This document shows positions 24,871 through 38,000 of a stretch of DNA of 64,000 nt, piece by piece. The number at the start of each line of letters is the position of its first letter. The first letter of the stretch is position 1. Position numbers and translations under genes: made by a program. Origin of the DNA: Vitrella brassicaformis CCMP3155 (taxonomy: Eukaryota > Protista > Chromerida); NCBI GenBank assembly GCA_001179505.1, contig CDMY01000708.1:226408-290407 (forward strand), in the 5' to 3' direction. The notes beneath the pieces are model-generated. The model did not search any database, had not been told where the DNA came from, and saw only the letters and a program-made list of their open reading frames with translations.

Positions 24871-26206
24871 CTGACACACAAAACTTGAACAACACACACA
24901 CATACAGAGAACAGGTGACACAAACAAATGAGCAAGAGTCGCCAATTTCAGCCTGCCCACATCGCTGCCCACCCGTCAGCCCAGCCCTCACCTGTCAGCC
25001 TCCACGCCTCCGACGCCGCAGCCACTCCAAAATTGAGTCACTCCTCGAAGCACGCCGCCTCTGTTTGCTGAGACCGCCGTTTGCGCGAAGATCTACGTAT
25101 CCCCTGGTGTCACCCTGCAGAGCACAATAGACAGGCCGCGAGGAAAAAAACTGACGAACGAACGAACGGGCCGACCCTTGCAAGCTCGCGATCCACTCGG
25201 CGTGACAGAGAGGGTGTCTTTTGCCTCCTTTGCGGAGCGCACTGATTCATCCGTTCGCGGCGCTGCCGACAGCCTGGCGGCCTCGTATCTCTCAGAAGAC
25301 ATGATCAACACATTCGTTCACACGACAGAATGAGCAGAGTGATAGTATCACACGGTCCACACACACACTCACAGCACCACGGCATCAACACAGGATGCCG
25401 CTTGGTGGGGCTCTTCGAGCTGATGGAGAACCGAGGACCCTCAGCTGAGGGTCGCAGCACACCCATCCGCTTGAAGGACCCGACAACGCATCAGGCAGCG
25501 AGTAGTGAGTCCTGAGCAGCGAGCAGTGGGCCGGTAGGAAACTGCTGCATGCCAAGCACGCCAACTCGGCCGGGTGACGGCTCACCTCCCCTCACCGCGA
25601 CCGCCGACCGTGCCGTTCCTTGTCCACACCAGGGAACGCACAGACGGCGGACGCCGTGGTGCCAAGCGACCCGTCACCCGGGTGTCCGTGTGTTGTTTCA
25701 TTGTAAAACGTGAGCCAGTCAGTGAGTCATTGCAAAACCACCATTGTGCATTGAGGCGAGCGAGAAGCAGGTAGGAAGAGAGATAGTGTCTGTCCACTGA
25801 GATAGTGTCTGTCCGCTGATCAGATCACACACACGTACGCACACACCAAGACAGACAAGAGAGGTTAAAAAGGCAGACAGGCACCGCACGCACACCACAG
25901 CACAGCAAGTGTCTGTGTCTGTCTGTCTAGAAAGAAGGAAGGGTGATATTTACACTCAACACCGGATGGCTGGATGGCCTGCCTGCCGGTTTATCGTGAT
26001 GTGCACACGCACGACCTCTCCCTGGCTCACGCGTGCAAAGGCTACCTTCGTAGCTTGCTTGACGGGCCGGGGCTGGACTGACCAACATGACAGAGAGAAA
26101 GGGGTAGACACCATGCCATTGCCATCAATCCATCCGTTCGTTGTCATTGTTCCGTCCATCACGTAACGGACAAAGTAAACGAGCACGCGCACACGCCCGC
26201 CCCCCC

Positions 26207-26506
26207 NNNNNNNNNNNNNNNNNNNNNNNNNNNNNNNNNNNNNNNNNNNNNNNNNNNNNNNNNNNNNNNNNNNNNNNNNNNNNNNNNNNNNNNNNNNNNN
26301 NNNNNNNNNNNNNNNNNNNNNNNNNNNNNNNNNNNNNNNNNNNNNNNNNNNNNNNNNNNNNNNNNNNNNNNNNNNNNNNNNNNNNNNNNNNNNNNNNNNN
26401 NNNNNNNNNNNNNNNNNNNNNNNNNNNNNNNNNNNNNNNNNNNNNNNNNNNNNNNNNNNNNNNNNNNNNNNNNNNNNNNNNNNNNNNNNNNNNNNNNNNN
26501 NNNNNN
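26207..26506. other. Assembly gap (300 N) flanked by poly-C
   Basis: Run of n in the sequence. Confidence 1.
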
Positions 26507-27125
26507 CCCCCCCCCCCCCCCCACACACACACACATACACAGCCAGCATGACCATGCATGTGTGGTGTCAGTCGATCACGTGTAGAGTCCTTCCCATAAA
26601 ACAAACGAACAAACGAGCAGTGAGTCAGTCAGACGGTCCATTTCATTACACACGTGTGCATTGAATGCATGTCCCTTCCTGTACAGACAGACAGACAGAC
26701 AGGCAGACAGACAGACAGACAGTCAGGCAGGCAGGGCTGCCGGTGGTGTGGTGTAGAGGACTGCCAGCCATGAGTGACCCTCCACCATGTCAGACAACAC
26801 GTACCCGCCACACACACACAGCCATGGACATGACACCTGTCCGCCCACCAGTCAGTCAGTCAGTCCGCCAACCCATCCAGGCAAAATCGCATGCAGACAC
26901 ATCACATCACATAAACCACACACCATCACCGTCACCAGCACATTCACGCATGTGTCCGTCCGTCCGTCCACCCCCTGCCCCCATCCCCTACACACACACA
27001 AACAAGATGAAACTAGGTGAGGCACCCGTCCGTCTACGGCAACAGGTAGGCAGGCCGGCAGTGAGGCAAGAGCGAGTCAGAGTGAGAGAGACTGAGTGAG
27101 AGAGACTGAGATGGAGGTATCTAGT

Positions 27126-29826
27126 CTAGTCGACTTCCTCCACAGTGGGTCCGCCAGCAGCACCGCCGCCCGCGGCGCCCTCTGCCCCCGCCCCGGGGAA
27201 TCCCGCGCCGCCCGCGCCGGGCATGCCGCCAGCGCCGCCCGACTGGTAGATCTTCATCATGATTGGGTTGCACACGCCCTCAATCTCCTTGGTCTTAGCC
27301 TCGAACTCCTCCTTCTCCGCCAGCTGATTCCGGTCAAGCCAATCCAGCGTCTCCTGCAGACCACACACACACACACACACACGCAGAGAGAGAGAGAGAG
27401 AGATGATTGTGGGTGTGGGGAGAGAGGGGGTGGGTGTAGGCACCTTGATTTTGTCCTCGACGGCTTTCTTGTCGGCTTCGTCGATCTTTTCCTGGATCTT
27501 CTCCTCCTGCATGGTGTTGCGCATGGTGAAGCAGTAGTTTTCGAGGGCGTTCTTGGCCTCGACGCGCTGCCTGTTGGTCTCGTCCTCGCTCTTGTACTTC
27601 TCGGCCTCCTGAACCATACGGTCGATCTCAGCCTGACACACCACACACAATGACGACACACACAGCGACACACAACACACACAGAGAATCAGCATGCAGC
27701 CATGTTTGTGTCCTTCCCCCCTCCCCCCCCCTCTCTCTCTGTGTGTGTGTGTATTGCGTACCTGTGAGAGTCGTCCCTTGTCGTTGGTGATGGTGATCTG
27801 GTTGGACTTGCCGGTGGACTTGTCCTGTGCGGAGACCTGGAGGATGCCGTTGGCGTCGATGTCAAAGGTCACCTCGATCTGCGGCACGCCGCGGGGGGCC
27901 GGTGGGATGCCGTCCAGGTGGAACTTGCCCAGCAGGTTGTTGTCCTTGGTCATCGCACGCTCACCCTCGTAAACCTGCGCACACACACGACACACAACAC
28001 ACAGCACACAGCATCATGAGCACACGAGTCCATGCACTGTGTGTGTGTGTGTGTGTGTGACAGTACCTGAATGAGCACCCCCGGCTGGTTGTCGGCGTAT
28101 GTGGTGAAGGTCTGCGTCTTCTTGGTGGGGATGGTGGTGTTGCGCTCGATGAGCTTGGTCATGACGCCGCCGGCGGTCTCCAGGCCGAGTGACAGGGGCG
28201 TCACATCGAGCAGCAGCAGGTCCTGGACCCCGCTGGACTGCTCGCCCGAGAGGATGGCGGCCTGCACCGCCGCACCGTACGCCACCGCCTCGTCGGGGTT
28301 GATCGAGCGGCACGGCTCCTTGCCGTTGAAGAACTCCTGGTAGACACACAACAGACAGACAGGCAGACAGACAGACATGAGCGTGTGTCGTGTGTGTGTG
28401 GTGTGGTGTGTGGCCAACGTACCGTGATGAGCGACTGGATCTTGGGGATGCGTGTGGATCCGCCGACGAGGACGACCTCGTGGACGGACCGCTTGTCGAT
28501 GCCGCTGTCCTTGAGCACCTTCTCCACCGGCTGCAGCGTGCCGCGGAAGTAGTCCATGCACAGCTCCTCGAATCGCGCCCGCGAGACGGTCACCGAGTAG
28601 TCAATACCCTGACAGACCAAGGGATACACACACCACACACACACAGACACACACCCAAACAGGTCAGCGAGGTGTTGGTGTGGGTGTGTGTGGGCGGGCG
28701 GGGTGCGTACCTCAAAGAGCGAGTCGATCTCGATGGTGGCCTGTGTGGAGGAGGAGAGTGTGCGCTTGGCCCTCTCGCACTGGGTGCGGAGGCGCCTGAG
28801 TGCGCGGCTGTTGGTAGTGAGGTCCTTGCCCCTGTTCTTGCGCTTGAAGTCCTGCACGCAGAAGTCCACCATGCGGTTGTCGAAGTCCTCGCCGCCCAAG
28901 TGGGTGTCGCCCGCCGTCGCCTTGACCTCGAAGATGCCGTCCTCGATGGTCAGCAGAGACACATCGAACGTCCCGCCGCCCAGGTCGAAGATGAGCACGT
29001 TGCGCTCGCCGCCGCCCTTTTTGTCGAGGCCGTAGGCGATGGCCGCGGCGGTGGGCTCGTTGATGATGCGCATGACGTTCATGCCGCTGATGGTGCCGGC
29101 GTCCTTGGTGGCCTGCCGCTGGCTGTCGTTGAAGTAGGCGGGCACAGTGATGACGGCGTTCTTGACGGTCTTGCCGAGGTAGGCCTCGGCGGTCTCCTTC
29201 ATCTTGGTCAGCACCATGGCCGAGACCTCCTCGGCGTGGAACTTCTTGACCTCGCCCTGGTACTCCACCTCAATGACGGGCTTGTCGCCCTGCCCCTTGG
29301 TGACCTTGAAGGGCCAGTGCTTCATGTCGTCCTTGACGCTCGGGTCGTCGAACTTGCGACCGATCAGGCGCTTGGCGTCGAATATGGTGTTCTCGGGGTT
29401 GCGGGCCACCTGGTTCTTGGCCGCATCGCCGATCAGACGCTCGGTGTCGGTGAAGGCGACATAGGAAGGGGTGGTGCGGTTGCCCTGGTCGTTGGCGATG
29501 ATCTCAACCTGCACACACACACACACACATCACACACAGGGAGACATGTGTCTCAGACCGTATGCGGCCACACATGCATGTGCACGGGCACCCACTGGCT
29601 GGTGTCTCCCCTCCCACACGCATCCCGCTCCCTCTCCCCGCCTCCACAGGCCTCTCTCCCACCCCTCCCTGCTCACCGTGTCGTTCTTCCACACCCCGAC
29701 ACACGAGTAGGTCGTGCCCAGATCAATACCGATTGCAGGTCCTGACCAGCGCACAGGCAGACACCCGGCCGTGTCGTATGGGCACTCGCGCAGCCTCCTG
29801 CTCGAGCTCGGCTTACCTTCAGCCAT
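27126..29826 (-). CDS. HSP70: Cytosolic heat shock protein 70, multi-exon
   Basis: 'MAEG|[21 protein letters not shown]|[19 protein letters not shown]', '[14 protein letters not shown]', '[14 protein letters not shown]', C-terminal 'GPTVEEVD'; canonical GT-AG introns. Confidence 0.98.
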
Positions 29827-30110
29827 CGTCGCTTCGCTTCGCTGCTACAGACAGAGGGATGTGAATGTGCGATGTCACGAGAGATGAGTCTTCTCGCAAA
29901 GAACTGGCAGGGAAGATCTCAACGAGACGCAAGATGACTGACGCCGCAGGCCGGACACCTCAAGCGAACCAGCGGGACGCGGGCAGGACTGAAGCAAACC
30001 CTATCTCGAGCTCGCGCTGGTCAACGAGGGTGTGAGATCTGGGAAGGAGTGTGCTGATGAAGCCTGCCTGAAGCCTCCCTCGCCCCGCGTCATCCCTTCC
30101 CTCCGCCATT

Positions 30111-30566
30111 ATGTTGCGCTTGTCGCCCTTGCTGCTCGGCGGTGTGCACCGGCAGACCATCATGCGCTGTGCCGATAACACAGGCGCCATGAAGGTGTGC
30201 ACCTCACACACATCGGAGATACAAACACTTTTCTGCAAGGCTCTCTTGCGGCGCGGATGTTTGTCTGTGTGTCAGGTGTGCGTCTTCGGGCTGGGCCAGA
30301 ACAAGCGCGGCACGGGCAAGCCCGGCCACCTGATCCGTGTGTCCATCCGTGACAAGACGCCGGAGTGCACTCTGGGCAAGACGCACAAGGGGATGATCCT
30401 GCGGACAAAGAAGGAGGTGCGTCGGAAGGACGGCATGAACATCAAGTTCGACGAGAACGCCATGGTGATGATCGCCAAGAACAAGCCGGTGGGGTCCAAG
30501 ATCAAGGGCCCGACCGTCCTCGAGCTGGGCTGGAACGCACGCAACCTCTGCAGATACATCTTCTGA
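30111..30566 (+). CDS. MRPL14: Ribosomal protein uL14, probably mitochondrial; intron 30195-30275
   Basis: 'TIMRCADNTGAMK|VCVFG', 'ILRTKKEVRRKDGMNIKFDENAMVMI..PVGSKIKGPTVLEL'; short presequence-like N-terminus MLRLSPLLLG. Confidence 0.88.
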   Translation: MLRLSPLLLGGVHRQTIMRCADNTGAMKVCTSHTSEIQTLFCKALLRRGCLSVCQVCVFGLGQNKRGTGKPGHLIRVSIRDKTPECTLGKTHKGMILRTKKEVRRKDGMNIKFDENAMVMIAKNKPVGSKIKGPTVLELGWNARNLCRYIF

Positions 30567-30639
30567 CTCGGGGTGGGGACCTGGGATTGTGACTGATGTG
30601 CGTCTCATTCGGTCGGCTTTGTTGCGTCACCATGTGTCG

Positions 30640-31015
30640 ACGTCAACCCGCACGGCTGCGTGGTCCGTCTAGAGAGGGCGGGCCATGCGTCCGTGGGGGG
30701 CGGCGGCGTCACATGTGCGCAAGGAGCCATGGATGAGGACGCAAGGGGGACTCAGACAGATGAGATGACGTGTGTGAAAACGTACGTACGTAAGGAGTCT
30801 GTGTGGGGCTGAATGGCTGACTCACTGTCTTGTGTATCTGTCGTGTCTCAACTGGTCTTCCTGCACACGTCTTGCACACTGTCGCGTCTGTTTATGGCTC
30901 ACTTGGTTGTCATGTGCCCTCGCAGCCTTCGACGGTTGCGTGGTCCGCTTAGACGGGTGCGGCCATGCGTCCGTGGGGGGCGGCGGCGTTACATGTGCCC
31001 AGGAAGCCATGCATG
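30640..31015. repeat. Imperfect ~90-bp direct repeat pair (about 30640-30735 and 30925-31015)
   Basis: Shared core 'gcgtggtccg..ggccatgcgtccgtggggggcggcggcgt(c/t)acatgtgc..agccatg'. Confidence 0.8.
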
Positions 31016-32500
31016 GAAAGACCAGGCCGACAGATAAGGCATCATGATCATCACATCACCACCAGACAGATGGTGGGGGTGTCTGTCTGGTGTTTTCACT
31101 CGAGGGACGGGGGGCGGGCTGGTGTACAGCTGTAGAGATTAAGGAGGCTGACTGACTCGCTGGCTCGTCGTCTTGTGTCATGTGCAAGTGTTGTGCGATT
31201 CATCCGTGGTTGCCTGCCTCCTTCCTCGACTGTCTCTTGCGTTGCCTGGACGGGTCATGAGCTCGCCGTCCTTGGTGATACCCACGGATGGCAAACTCAT
31301 TGCTCGTGAAGTGATTGAAGAGCAGTCAGGCAGTAAGGCAGGCAGGCAGTGGACTCGATGTGTGTATATGCGAGCGCCCCGCTGGGCCGCCATGCCGTGT
31401 GAAACATCAGCAAGGGTCCATCCGAATGAAATTTTCGTAGACGGCTTGCCCACCCGTACACATCCCTTGAGCTAATTCTGTGTCCGTCAGTCTGCATCCA
31501 CTCACACCACATGCACCCAATACAATGAAGGCAATGAATGGCAGTCGTGGCGCCTCGAGGCAGGCATATTCCTTGACACACAGGCAGGTGCACCTTGGCC
31601 ATGAGGTGTCCCGACAGAACGTCACGGCCAAGGTGCACCGCCAATTTGACAAGAGAACATGCCGCAGAGGTGATCAAGGCGACAAGTATGCTCACACAGA
31701 CAGTGAGTTGTGCAAGGACGGATGCACACCAACACGCATGTACCCCTCCCCAATGTCTGCACATCTGTGTGACATTTTCTTCCCCTGTCTCTTCCGTGCC
31801 TGGCAGGTGTCTGCTGGCGTCACCGCATCTTGTATCACCCCACCAGCTCACGCACTCTCAGGACGACAGGGGAATCGTCCTGTGAAGACGTAAGGAAATG
31901 GCGCATGACAAGACGCGACGCTTCCAACGACCTCCCGTCAGTCCATCCATTCATCCAACCATAGTGAGTCAGTCAGTGTCTTTCTTTGGTGCAGGCAGTT
32001 CGGTGTGTATGGTACAATGAAGGAAGCAAGCCCTAGCTAGAAGCCAGACGCACCGGACGGACAGAGAGAGAGAGCCAGCCCGCCATGTGAGGGTGTCTGT
32101 ACGAGTGAATGGGTGTGGTGTGGCGTGGTGTGGCAGCTAAGGTAGGTAGCCACCCGCCCGCTGCATGGCTGGCTGGGAAAAAGACCAGCCACAGGACACT
32201 CCCCCTCCCCCTGCCATGCCATGCCGCATTCATCCACACAACCACCACCATCAGCATCAGCATCAGCTCACACAAACCTTCCTTCCTAGTGCCATCCCAT
32301 CGGTGCATACCAGCCGGTTTGTCAGAGATACAAGCAGAGAGAGAGCCATGACAGCCGAGGCCAGCGGTGGTCACCTGTACACCAGCAGCTGTTCATCTCA
32401 TCTCATCTCATGGCACGCCATCGATTACCATCCATACAATACAATTCCATACATGGACTAAACAAGGTCACACACTGCACACAGCACACAGCAAAACTCC

Positions 32501-32800
32501 NNNNNNNNNNNNNNNNNNNNNNNNNNNNNNNNNNNNNNNNNNNNNNNNNNNNNNNNNNNNNNNNNNNNNNNNNNNNNNNNNNNNNNNNNNNNNNNNNNNN
32601 NNNNNNNNNNNNNNNNNNNNNNNNNNNNNNNNNNNNNNNNNNNNNNNNNNNNNNNNNNNNNNNNNNNNNNNNNNNNNNNNNNNNNNNNNNNNNNNNNNNN
32701 NNNNNNNNNNNNNNNNNNNNNNNNNNNNNNNNNNNNNNNNNNNNNNNNNNNNNNNNNNNNNNNNNNNNNNNNNNNNNNNNNNNNNNNNNNNNNNNNNNNN
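32501..32800. other. Assembly gap (300 N)
   Basis: Run of n in the sequence, with C runs at the borders. Confidence 1.
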
Positions 32801-33280
32801 CCCCCACACACAGCAGGCAACCAGACTGAAAAATGGCCTCGCTGCCACTGCCGCAGCTGCCGGCGAACCGGAGTTGCTTGGTGGGCAGCCGCAGCACACG
32901 TACCTACCTTTCTCACGTTGGTTACACGTAGTATTATGAATACACACATTATGTGGCACATATGATACACACACGGTCACTTCACTCCATTCTCACAGGC
33001 AGGCAGGCAGGCAGGCAGACAGGCATCCTTCTGCACATATCACACACAGCACGAGCAGCATCAGCACGAGCAGCAGCAGCATGAGCAACCTTTGCACACC
33101 CACCAGGCAGCCTCTTGCCCACCCCCACCACCCAATCAGGACTCCACGCAGCCCTTCACTCTCAACAAAACAATATACTTTACAAAACTCACACCACACA
33201 CGTGACACCATTGGCAGCATAGCATCAAAACCATCACAAGCATACATACATACACCATCCCCTCCCCGCCCCCCCGCCAA

Positions 33281-34789
33281 TCACTCCAGTGGCGCCACAC
33301 AGCCGTTCATGGTGAGGTAGATCTCGCCCGAGAAGGAGCTCTCCTGGCTCGCTGCCGTCAGTGTGGGGCTGTCCCCCCCGGCCTCCGTCTCATAGTCGCT
33401 CGACACGGCCCGATTGGGCGGCGTGAGGGTGGAGGTGAGGGCGGGGGACACATGGCGGCTGTGGGTGTGCAGGGGGAGGGGCGTGAGGTGGGTCTGCGTC
33501 TTCTTGAGGTTGGCCAGCAGGTCCACCCCGAGCTGCAGGAACAGATGGGGCAGGTCGATCAACACCCAATTCTCAGTCTGACCGAACACATCACGCCCAA
33601 TACAACACATACAAACGGACTTGACCAATAAATTGTGCCATCTCAGCCCAGCTCGCTCACCAGCAGGTCTCCTTCCCGCTTCCACCAGTCCATGACGCGC
33701 ATCGTGACGCGCCGGCCGGTGGGAGGGGCGCCCAGGTACGCCCCCCTCTGTGTGGCGTAGATGGACGGCCACCCCATGGACGCCACATACGACCCGTCGG
33801 CAAACCGAGCCACGTGATTGCCGCCCTTCCTGTCGGGGAACCCCTCGAGGAACGGCCGCTGATGGCCGGACTGAAAACCGTCGATCCCGCGCTGCGTCCC
33901 GATGCCCGCCGGGCCGTACCACACCATCTCAGGCGACCAGTAGGCCTCCATGCCCATCTTCTTCAGGCACCTGTCACCGTCGCCATCGAATTTTGCCAGG
34001 CCCTCGTAGATCATCCGCTCCACCAGCTGCAGCGAGGCGTCCGTCGACTCGGGGGGTGCGATCTGCTCGACCATCGCGCCGTCCTGCGCTTGGGGGCCGG
34101 GCACTCGGTAGGCGTCTTTGCCTGCACACACACATATGAAGGGCACACACACAGGGGGGATGTCTCTATGTGCGTCATCTGGCCGTGTGTGTGTAGGGGC
34201 TGACCGAGTGCGGGCGGCAGGACGGAGTGGTGCGCCTGGTGGATGAGGTCGATGAGGTCAAGGATGAGGAAGACGGCCGTGATCTTGCCCTCCTGCATGC
34301 GGCAGAATTCGCCATACCGCAGGCGGGCCGGCGCGTGGGTCGCGGGGACGCCGCAGTAGTCAGCACGGAACTGAACACACACACACACACACACACGAGA
34401 GATGGTCACATGAGTGTGCGTCACGTGCACCATGTGCCACTCTCTCTCACCTGTCCGACAAAGTATCCCGTGCTCGCCACCCAGTCGCCCTTTCTTCCCC
34501 CGTCGAACGCACCGCCGATAAGGATATCGGCCTCCCGCGTCAGGCTGCCGAACGCCGCAAACAGGGGCTCATAAAACCTCTCTATCACCTTCTCCGCCCC
34601 GCGTATCTCATTGACAGGATGGCAGCAGCTGAAGGTCACGTCGCTGTGACAGGCTGACCGGACAATATGCCGGAGAGCACCGGGCGGTTGGGTGGGTGCG
34701 GCTCCGAACACGTTGAGCGCCTCATAGTAATCAGACACAAACTGCTTGTTGCTGCGATGACGATGGTCCAGTGGAGAGGAGGCTGACAT
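33281..34789 (-). CDS. Tandem SnoaL-like (NTF2-fold) ester/polyketide cyclase family protein, 4 exons, with Ser/Thr/Pro C-terminal tail
   Basis: Domain 1 'HPVNEIRGAE..FYEPLFAAF..READILIGG..WVASTGYFVGQ|FRADYCGVPAT..RYGEFCRMQEGKI'; domain 2 'WYGPAGIGTQRGIDGF..HQRPFLEGFPDRKGGNH..GWPSIYAT..GAPPTGRRVTMRVMDWWKREGDLL|TENWVLIDLPHLFLQLGVD'. Confidence 0.85.
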
Positions 34790-35088
34790 TCTGCGGCTAC
34801 AGGCTACAGGCAAAGGAGAGGCGAATTCGTGGGTTGCGAGCTCGGAGGGGGGGCTGTGGGCGTCTCATAAAACAGCCTCTGCGTGAGCTTCTTGTCTGTT
34901 CGCTCCCTTCATCTTTGTCAGCTCCTGCGTCATACAACGCACAAACGGCTGCAATGCAGGCTTTGGCGATGCAAGATGCGACGACGAGAGTGAGCCGGCG
35001 TGGTCTTCTTTTCGAGAGGAGCACGGGATTCATTCACTCACTCATTCGTTGAGAGAGACCTTGCCTGTCACGTTATTGGTCCACCACC

Positions 35089-38000
35089 ATGGCTGACAAG
35101 CCGTCAGCGTGGCTCCATCGGTCGTCGCGTGTGGTGCTCATCGTCACTGTGGACATTGGCAAGGACAAGCAGGACAAGATACACGTCAGGAAAGGTGAGA
35201 TGAGATGCCTTTTTGGACAATAAGGCAGCTCACAGCACAGCAGCAGCAGCAGAGAGAGAGAGAGAGAGACTCTGTCCGTCGCTGTGCCTTTGGTGGCAGG
35301 CGATGACCCTCGAACGACCGCCGAGAACTTCATCAAGCTGCATCGGCTCAACCGTGACCTCACTGGTCAGTGAGTAGCACAGACACACACCTTCCCGATG
35401 GCCAGCTCGTTGTCATTTTTCGCAGATCCGCTCACGACCCACATCGAGCAGAACCTGGAGGCCCTCCGGCTGTCCCAGCAACGCAAGCGCGAGCGGCTCG
35501 CACAACGACTGACACAACGACACGAGTCAACCACTCAGACACAGACCCACACGCAGACGGCCGCCGTCCAGGGCTCCCTCCCGCCCACGATGCACCTGCA
35601 CGCCGAGCAGAGTGTGCAGAGCGTCCAGCAGCAGCAGCCGGCCGATGCCCGCGCTGATGCTGATGCTGATGCCAGTCCCGATGCGGCCCACATTCTCGCG
35701 TCTGAGCTGGTGTCGCCCACACGGCCCAGTGCGCGCAAAGGGGCGTCGCGCGAGGAGGTCGAGCCCACACCCACTGACAAGTCCGCCATTCACCGTGGGC
35801 AGAGAGCCAAGACCTCCGAGCGGCCACAGCAGTCAGACAAGCGGCCCCACCGGCCGCCCGACGCAGTCGCCAAGGCGGCCTCCCCCTCCCCATTCCGCCC
35901 CACACAGAAGCGAGCCTCGTCAAGGGCACAGTCGAATCCTCCGCCGGTGCGCGGTCATCCATATGTGGCGAGAGAAGGGGAGAGGGGCCGGCGCGCGCGG
36001 GAGGGCGGCGGGGCGCGGCTGGCTTCGACGTCCCGGGGTGCGTCTGAGGCCAGACTGGCTAGTGGTCATGGGTCGTCTCCCAAGCTGGACAGGGAGGGCA
36101 CCTGCAGGTCGGCTGTGTTCGACAAGCTCTACCAGAGGGCTGAGGCCAAGAGAGTGCAGGTGGGAGGGAGGGAGGGGAGAGCAGACAGACAGACAGATAG
36201 ATAGACAGACAGACGGAGAGGGGATCTGCCTCGTGTGTGTGTATGTGTGTGTGTGTATGTGTGGGCCACATGTGCAGCTTGAGAATCTGAAGGGTAGCGT
36301 TGAGCACGAGTACCAGCACAAGCTGGACTCCACACGATTCAAGCCACACACCGCTAGAGAAGGTGCTCCGGTGTTCTAAAAGACCACAGACAGACAGCAC
36401 GAGCTCATCCATCCATCAGTCGTGTCCTGTGTCGTGTTGCCTTCGTGTGTTGTGTTGTTCCCCTCAGGTGCCGATGTGGTCGGCCGCCGCTTGTATGAGT
36501 GGGGCAGGATCATGCAGGACATCAAGGAGAAGAAAAGACTAGAGGTACTTGAGTAGACAGACAGACAGACACGTGCACCACCTGTGGGTGCCCTCCCTCC
36601 CTCGCTCCCTCCGTCCCTCATGCCTGTCTGTTTGTGTGTACGGTTTGGTTTGTTGTGCGGCAGCGTCTGGTGGAGCTGGAGCGGCAAGAGCTGGAGGAAG
36701 TGACCCTCAAGCCCAACATCACACGCACCGCGCAGAACATGCAGAGAGAGGGGCAGCCGCTCTGGCACAGACGTACGCACACACGACCCCACTCACACAC
36801 ACCGGTGGTGACATGGTCTGTGTGTGTTGTGTGTGTGTCAGTCGACTGCGAGAGCATCGACAAGCGCCGGAGGCTCAGTCGCATCCGCGAAGAGATGGCC
36901 AAGAAGGAGCTGGAGGGATGCACTTTCAAGCCCGACATCTCACGACGGTACTCAACACAACACAACCACCCACACAGACACCACCACCCACCCCTCCGAT
37001 GCAATCCATCAGGTCTCGCCGTCTGGTGGCCGCGCGCATGAGCGAGCTGCAGCTGTCGGGCCCCCTCTATGAGTTCCTCTACTCGGACGCACTCAGGCGG
37101 CACGAACGAGACCGAATGTACAAGACCTTCGTGCCGCCCGAAGCCACCTTCCGGCCACAGACACTGGCCGCCGATAACGGCAGCAGGAGCCCTCCGGCTG
37201 ACGATGGCAGGAGCCCCAGGGAGACACTGGAGGCCATGATGAACAGGTGGGTGGGGGCTGAGGTGGATACACTTGAGGGTGATGTGTGCTGTGTGATGTT
37301 TGTCAGGCTCTGTGGGTCAAGTCGTGTTGGTGGGAGGAGGGGGGAGGAGGCCCCAGAGCTGGCGGATGGTGGGAAGGACCCACACACGGGGCAGGAGCTC
37401 TTCAAGCCAAAGACAGGTGCGCCAGTCAGGCGACGCCACACACAGTGCTTATCGTGCCTTCGCTGTGTGTCTCTATGTGGCTGGATGCAGGTCGGCCCCC
37501 CCTGCACGGTCGCAACAGCGAGAAGCTGCCCATCTGGGAGTTCCTCCACCGCCTCGGCGAACAGAGCAAACAAGCCAAAGTAACTGCACACCCAACCAAC
37601 CAGACACAGCTCGTGTGGATGTGTCTGCATCCGGACATCAGCTGCAGCATGCCACCGAGGAAGAGCAGAAGGTCAAGGCCCTCGCCGAGATGCGCGGCAC
37701 CTCACACACCTCATCGGCCAAGCTGTTCCAGGAGGCCAAAGCGCGGCGTCTTCGGGAGCTCTTCCGAGCGGTCGACGCCGACCGCGACGGCGTCCTGACG
37801 GGCGGCACGGCCGACGCCGACTCGTCTAGGTGGGGGAGCGTGCTGGCCAAGGAGGGGGTGGACCCTCAGCTGCAGAAGATACTCTGGCCTGTCCTAGAGG
37901 TGGGTGGGATGATGAGAAGGAAGACACATAAGAGCGTGTCATCCCACCTGACGGCCTGTGTGTGTGTTGGCGCCCTGTCCGCTGCTCAGTATTTGAAGGA

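Noticed and set aside
28390-29745. 451-aa plus-strand ORF
   Set aside because: Antisense shadow of HSP70. Long antisense ORFs on GC-rich hsp70 genes are a known artefact, often mis-annotated as NAD-specific glutamate dehydrogenase.
29885-29925. Possible heat-shock element upstream of HSP70 (TTCtcGCAaaGAA..GAAgaTCT)
   Set aside because: Does not form three correctly alternating nGAAn units; too degenerate to call.
25956-32980. ORFs containing X runs
   Set aside because: Artefacts of translating through the N gaps.
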